Position numbers and translations under genes: made by a program | Notes under the pieces: model-generated | Seen by the model: only the letters and a program-made list of their open reading frames with translations | The model's database searches: none | Told to the model about the DNA's origin: nothing | Origin: a virus | Taxonomy: Duplodnaviria > Caudoviricetes | Virus record (IMG/VR): IMGVR_UViG_3300009370_000001 | DNA length: 64,000 nt | Direction: 5' to 3' (one strand) | Shown here: positions 61,497 through 64,000 of the stretch, piece by piece | Position numbering within the stretch: position 1 is the first letter of the stretch | How the letters are laid out: each line of letters starts with the position of its first letter

Positions 61497-62234
61497 ATGA
61501 TTATTTTTCATCAATACGGTGCACGAAGAACTGGCACCAATTATATTCAAGCCTTGTTAGAAGAAAACTATTCTAATGTAATGGTGTTAGATAATATTGT
61601 ATGGAAGCACGGCCCGGCCCCATCGGCAGACGAATTTATTGGGTATTTTCTTCAAGATAGAGAAGAGCATTTTAACAACACATGCGCAGGACGCCAAGAC
61701 TTATATGAATGTCTACAGAAAAAAGTACTTACTAATGAAGTTATACCTCTCTTAACCATTAAAAATCCCTACGCCTGGGTCGAGAGCATGTGGCGCTATG
61801 CGAAAAATTTAAGGCTATGCGATCCCCACGAATTAGGAACTAAATATGTTTTTTTGGATCCTACACAAAAATTAAGCTCTCAAGAAGAGAACATCACTGA
61901 ATTAATGAACTCATATAATCAGAGATATCAACAGTGGGGGCATACTACACGTTTTGTTGTACGATATGAGGATTTATTGATTGATTATAAATCAATTCTT
62001 TCTTTTTTCGAAGAGCAATATTCCTTGCAGCGAATTAATAAAGATTTGTTAAATATTAAAAGCGGCTGTGATCCTATACCTGTAAATTTAAAACGCATTA
62101 ATCCGGATTGGGATTATGCAAATTATTATTTAACTGAAAGTTACTTAAAAAATCTACCCTCAAACATCATTGAATGTATTACAGAAGCCACAGATTGGGG
62201 CTTGTTTGAGAAATATCAATATAGTGCAATTTAG
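61497..62234 (+). CDS. Sulfotransferase-like (P-loop) protein
   Basis: YGARRTGTNY, WKHG, IKNPYAWVESM, VRYEDLL. Confidence 0.8.
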   Translation: MIIFHQYGARRTGTNYIQALLEENYSNVMVLDNIVWKHGPAPSADEFIGYFLQDREEHFNNTCAGRQDLYECLQKKVLTNEVIPLLTIKNPYAWVESMWRYAKNLRLCDPHELGTKYVFLDPTQKLSSQEENITELMNSYNQRYQQWGHTTRFVVRYEDLLIDYKSILSFFEEQYSLQRINKDLLNIKSGCDPIPVNLKRINPDWDYANYYLTESYLKNLPSNIIECITEATDWGLFEKYQYSAI

Positions 62235-62283
62235 GCAAGTGAACTATATAAGAACAGCATAAAGGCCTTTCACTTTAATTATA

Positions 62284-63621
62284 ATGGCTAAAAAAAATTA
62301 CGTTTTAGATACAAGCGTGTACCTTACTGATGCAGAAGCAATTTATAGCTTTGACAATCACGATATCTTTATTCCACTGAAGGTGCTTGAAGAGGTTGAC
62401 AAACATAAAAAACGTCAGGATTCAGTCGGGGTTAACGCACGCAAGATTATTCGCATACTAGATGAATTACGCTCTAAAGGAGATCTCCACAAGGGGATTC
62501 GTATAGCGAAAGGAAAAGGCATTTTAAAGGTAATGTCTTATGGTTGCCTTAAAAATTCATTACAATTTCCGCCCGATCTTGATTTACGCATTCCAGATCA
62601 TACAATCATAGCGACAGCTTTGGCTGTTAAAACACTAGAACCAAAGCGTCCTATCGTTTTAGTTTCTAGAGACATTAACATGCGTGTTATTTGTGATTCT
62701 ATTGGAATCGCAGCACAAGATTATATTATTGAGAGCGCAGTCACATCCTCATCAGAATTATATCAAGGGTTCATTGAATATCTGGTAGATGATGCTGTGG
62801 TTGATAGATTTTATAATGGCGACGATATTCTTATCGAAGCAGATGAGATTGAGAGCGAGTGGCATCCGAACCAATATGTTATGATGGTATCCAATGCTCA
62901 TCCTAAGAAATCAGCTTTAGCGCGCTTTGACGGTCACCACACGCCTCTTAAAAAAGTAATACATAGTAGCATTCCGGATTGGAAAATTAATTCAAGAAAC
63001 AAAGAGCAGGCGTTTGCAATTGATTTGTTGATGGATCCTCGGGTGAAAATTATTAGTTTAGTAGGCAGAGCAGGCTCAGGCAAAACATTATTAGCAATTG
63101 CTGCTGGTCTTCAACAAACAATTGGTTTGAGACAAGACGAAAATTATTATTCTCGACTTATCGTGTCACGACCCGTGCAGCCTCTTGGAAAAGATATTGG
63201 CTTCCTTCCCGGAACAATGGAAGAAAAGATGCTGCCATGGCTGATGCCCATTCAAGATAATCTCAAGTTTTTAATGGGGGATAGAACGAATCTAGAAATG
63301 TATATCGATAAAGGAAAAATCGAAATAGAAGCTTTGACATATATTCGAGGGCGCTCTATTGCCAATGCGTTTATGATCATTGACGAAGCCCAGAATCTCA
63401 CTATGCATGAAATTAAAACAATTATTACCCGGGTAGGAGATAATACTAAAATTGTATTAACTGGTGATATTGAGCAAATTGATAATATTTATGTAAATGA
63501 AACTTCTAACGGTTTGGCCCACGCAGTTGAAAAATTTAAAGAATATCCCATAGCAGGACACGTTACCTTTAAAAAAGGTGAAAGAAGCGAAGTTTCCACT
63601 CTCGCATCAAAAGTATTATAA
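62284..63621 (+). CDS. phoH: PhoH-family ATPase with N-terminal PIN domain (PhoH2/YlaK-like)
   Basis: VLDTSV, VLEEVDKHK, PDHTII, VSRDINMR (PIN); GRAGSGKT, GFLPG, RGRS, IIDEAQN, GDIEQID, ERS. Confidence 0.95.
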   Translation: MAKKNYVLDTSVYLTDAEAIYSFDNHDIFIPLKVLEEVDKHKKRQDSVGVNARKIIRILDELRSKGDLHKGIRIAKGKGILKVMSYGCLKNSLQFPPDLDLRIPDHTIIATALAVKTLEPKRPIVLVSRDINMRVICDSIGIAAQDYIIESAVTSSSELYQGFIEYLVDDAVVDRFYNGDDILIEADEIESEWHPNQYVMMVSNAHPKKSALARFDGHHTPLKKVIHSSIPDWKINSRNKEQAFAIDLLMDPRVKIISLVGRAGSGKTLLAIAAGLQQTIGLRQDENYYSRLIVSRPVQPLGKDIGFLPGTMEEKMLPWLMPIQDNLKFLMGDRTNLEMYIDKGKIEIEALTYIRGRSIANAFMIIDEAQNLTMHEIKTIITRVGDNTKIVLTGDIEQIDNIYVNETSNGLAHAVEKFKEYPIAGHVTFKKGERSEVSTLASKVL

Positions 63622-63627
63622 AAAAAG

Positions 63628-63656
63628 TTGCATAATCAATAAAGGTATGTTATAAA
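63628..63656 (+). promoter_or_regulatory. sigma70-type promoter (overlaps a TATAAATA)
   Basis: TTGCAT-17 nt-TATAAA with TG extension. Confidence 0.5.
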
Positions 63657-63672
63657 TAAAATAGGAGTTATT

Positions 63673-63972
63673 ATGAGCGACACAGATACCACAGTCACAG
63701 AAGAAGATTTGCATTCAAATCCTCTCTTGGCCGCACCAGTTGAAGGGACCACAGAACTTAAAGAATTTTTGGTTAATTATACTGGCACCAAATTACAACC
63801 AGAAGATGAGCAGGTCACTGTTCATATGATAGCTGAAACAGTGGCAGCGGAATTCCCAGAGTTTATGTTCGCAATCGCAGAAGAAAACTTTTTAAGAGGA
63901 TACCAACTAGGATTAGAAGATGCTACAACACTTGAAACAGAAACAGAAGCAGATACAGGAAATGAAGAGTGA
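63673..63972 (+). CDS. Acidic hypothetical protein
   Basis: AGGAG RBS. Confidence 0.7.
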   Translation: MSDTDTTVTEEDLHSNPLLAAPVEGTTELKEFLVNYTGTKLQPEDEQVTVHMIAETVAAEFPEFMFAIAEENFLRGYQLGLEDATTLETETEADTGNEE

Positions 63973-64000
63973 TTTTTACACTTCGCGCGGAACACACGTA

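Noticed and set aside
63651-63658. TATAAATA as a T4 gp55 late promoter
   Set aside because: It is a single occurrence that also fits a sigma70 -10 with a properly spaced -35; not enough to claim.
1-64000. All minus-strand ORFs in the track (e.g. 3721-4338, 22850-23902, 24173-24826, 27698-28354)
   Set aside because: They are antisense shadows of well-supported + strand genes, with no recognisable motifs, RBS or operon logic.
1-64000. Stop-codon recoding (TAG or TGA reassigned), as in some huge phages
   Set aside because: Conserved genes are full length under code 11; TAA, TAG and TGA all terminate genes; no suppressor tRNA was seen.

Overview
The window looks like a 64-kb segment of a large (jumbo/huge) tailed-phage genome. 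Every credible gene is on the + strand and the standard genetic code is used. It carries a 5'-truncated groEL, four tRNAs (Leu-TAA, the unusual Ile-TAT, Lys-TTT, Asn-GTT), a tmRNA, PhoH, an FKBP PPIase, a MoxR-type AAA ATPase with a DUF2201/vWA partner, proteases, lipoproteins and many small ORFs. A CglF/GltF-like gliding protein and vWA lipoproteins suggest a Myxococcota-like host (inference). Three repeat-based modular systems stand out. (1) At 40.1-45.0 kb, unrelated cargo genes (ADP-ribosyltransferase-like, RNase-toxin-like, PGDYG, HAD nucleotidase) share an N-terminal leader, MKLL(L/M)ENWRxF(L/I)xE. It resembles the T4 capsid-targeting/prohead-protease signal, five copies are identical over 26 nt, and one is an orphan stub bracketing an apparently inserted gene. 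(2) At 11.9-27.0 kb there are 12 copies of a 55-nt triple-TTGACA promoter element plus 3 partial copies, and its boxes usually supply the stop codon of the upstream gene. (3) Arrays of short MKVGDLV-type genes are joined by a conserved dual-coding junction. Two candidate structured ncRNAs (13974-14128, 61380-61475) and a non-coding compositional boundary (28.99-29.72 kb) also merit follow-up. No database searches were run; all family calls rest on motif recognition by eye, and novelty is untested.
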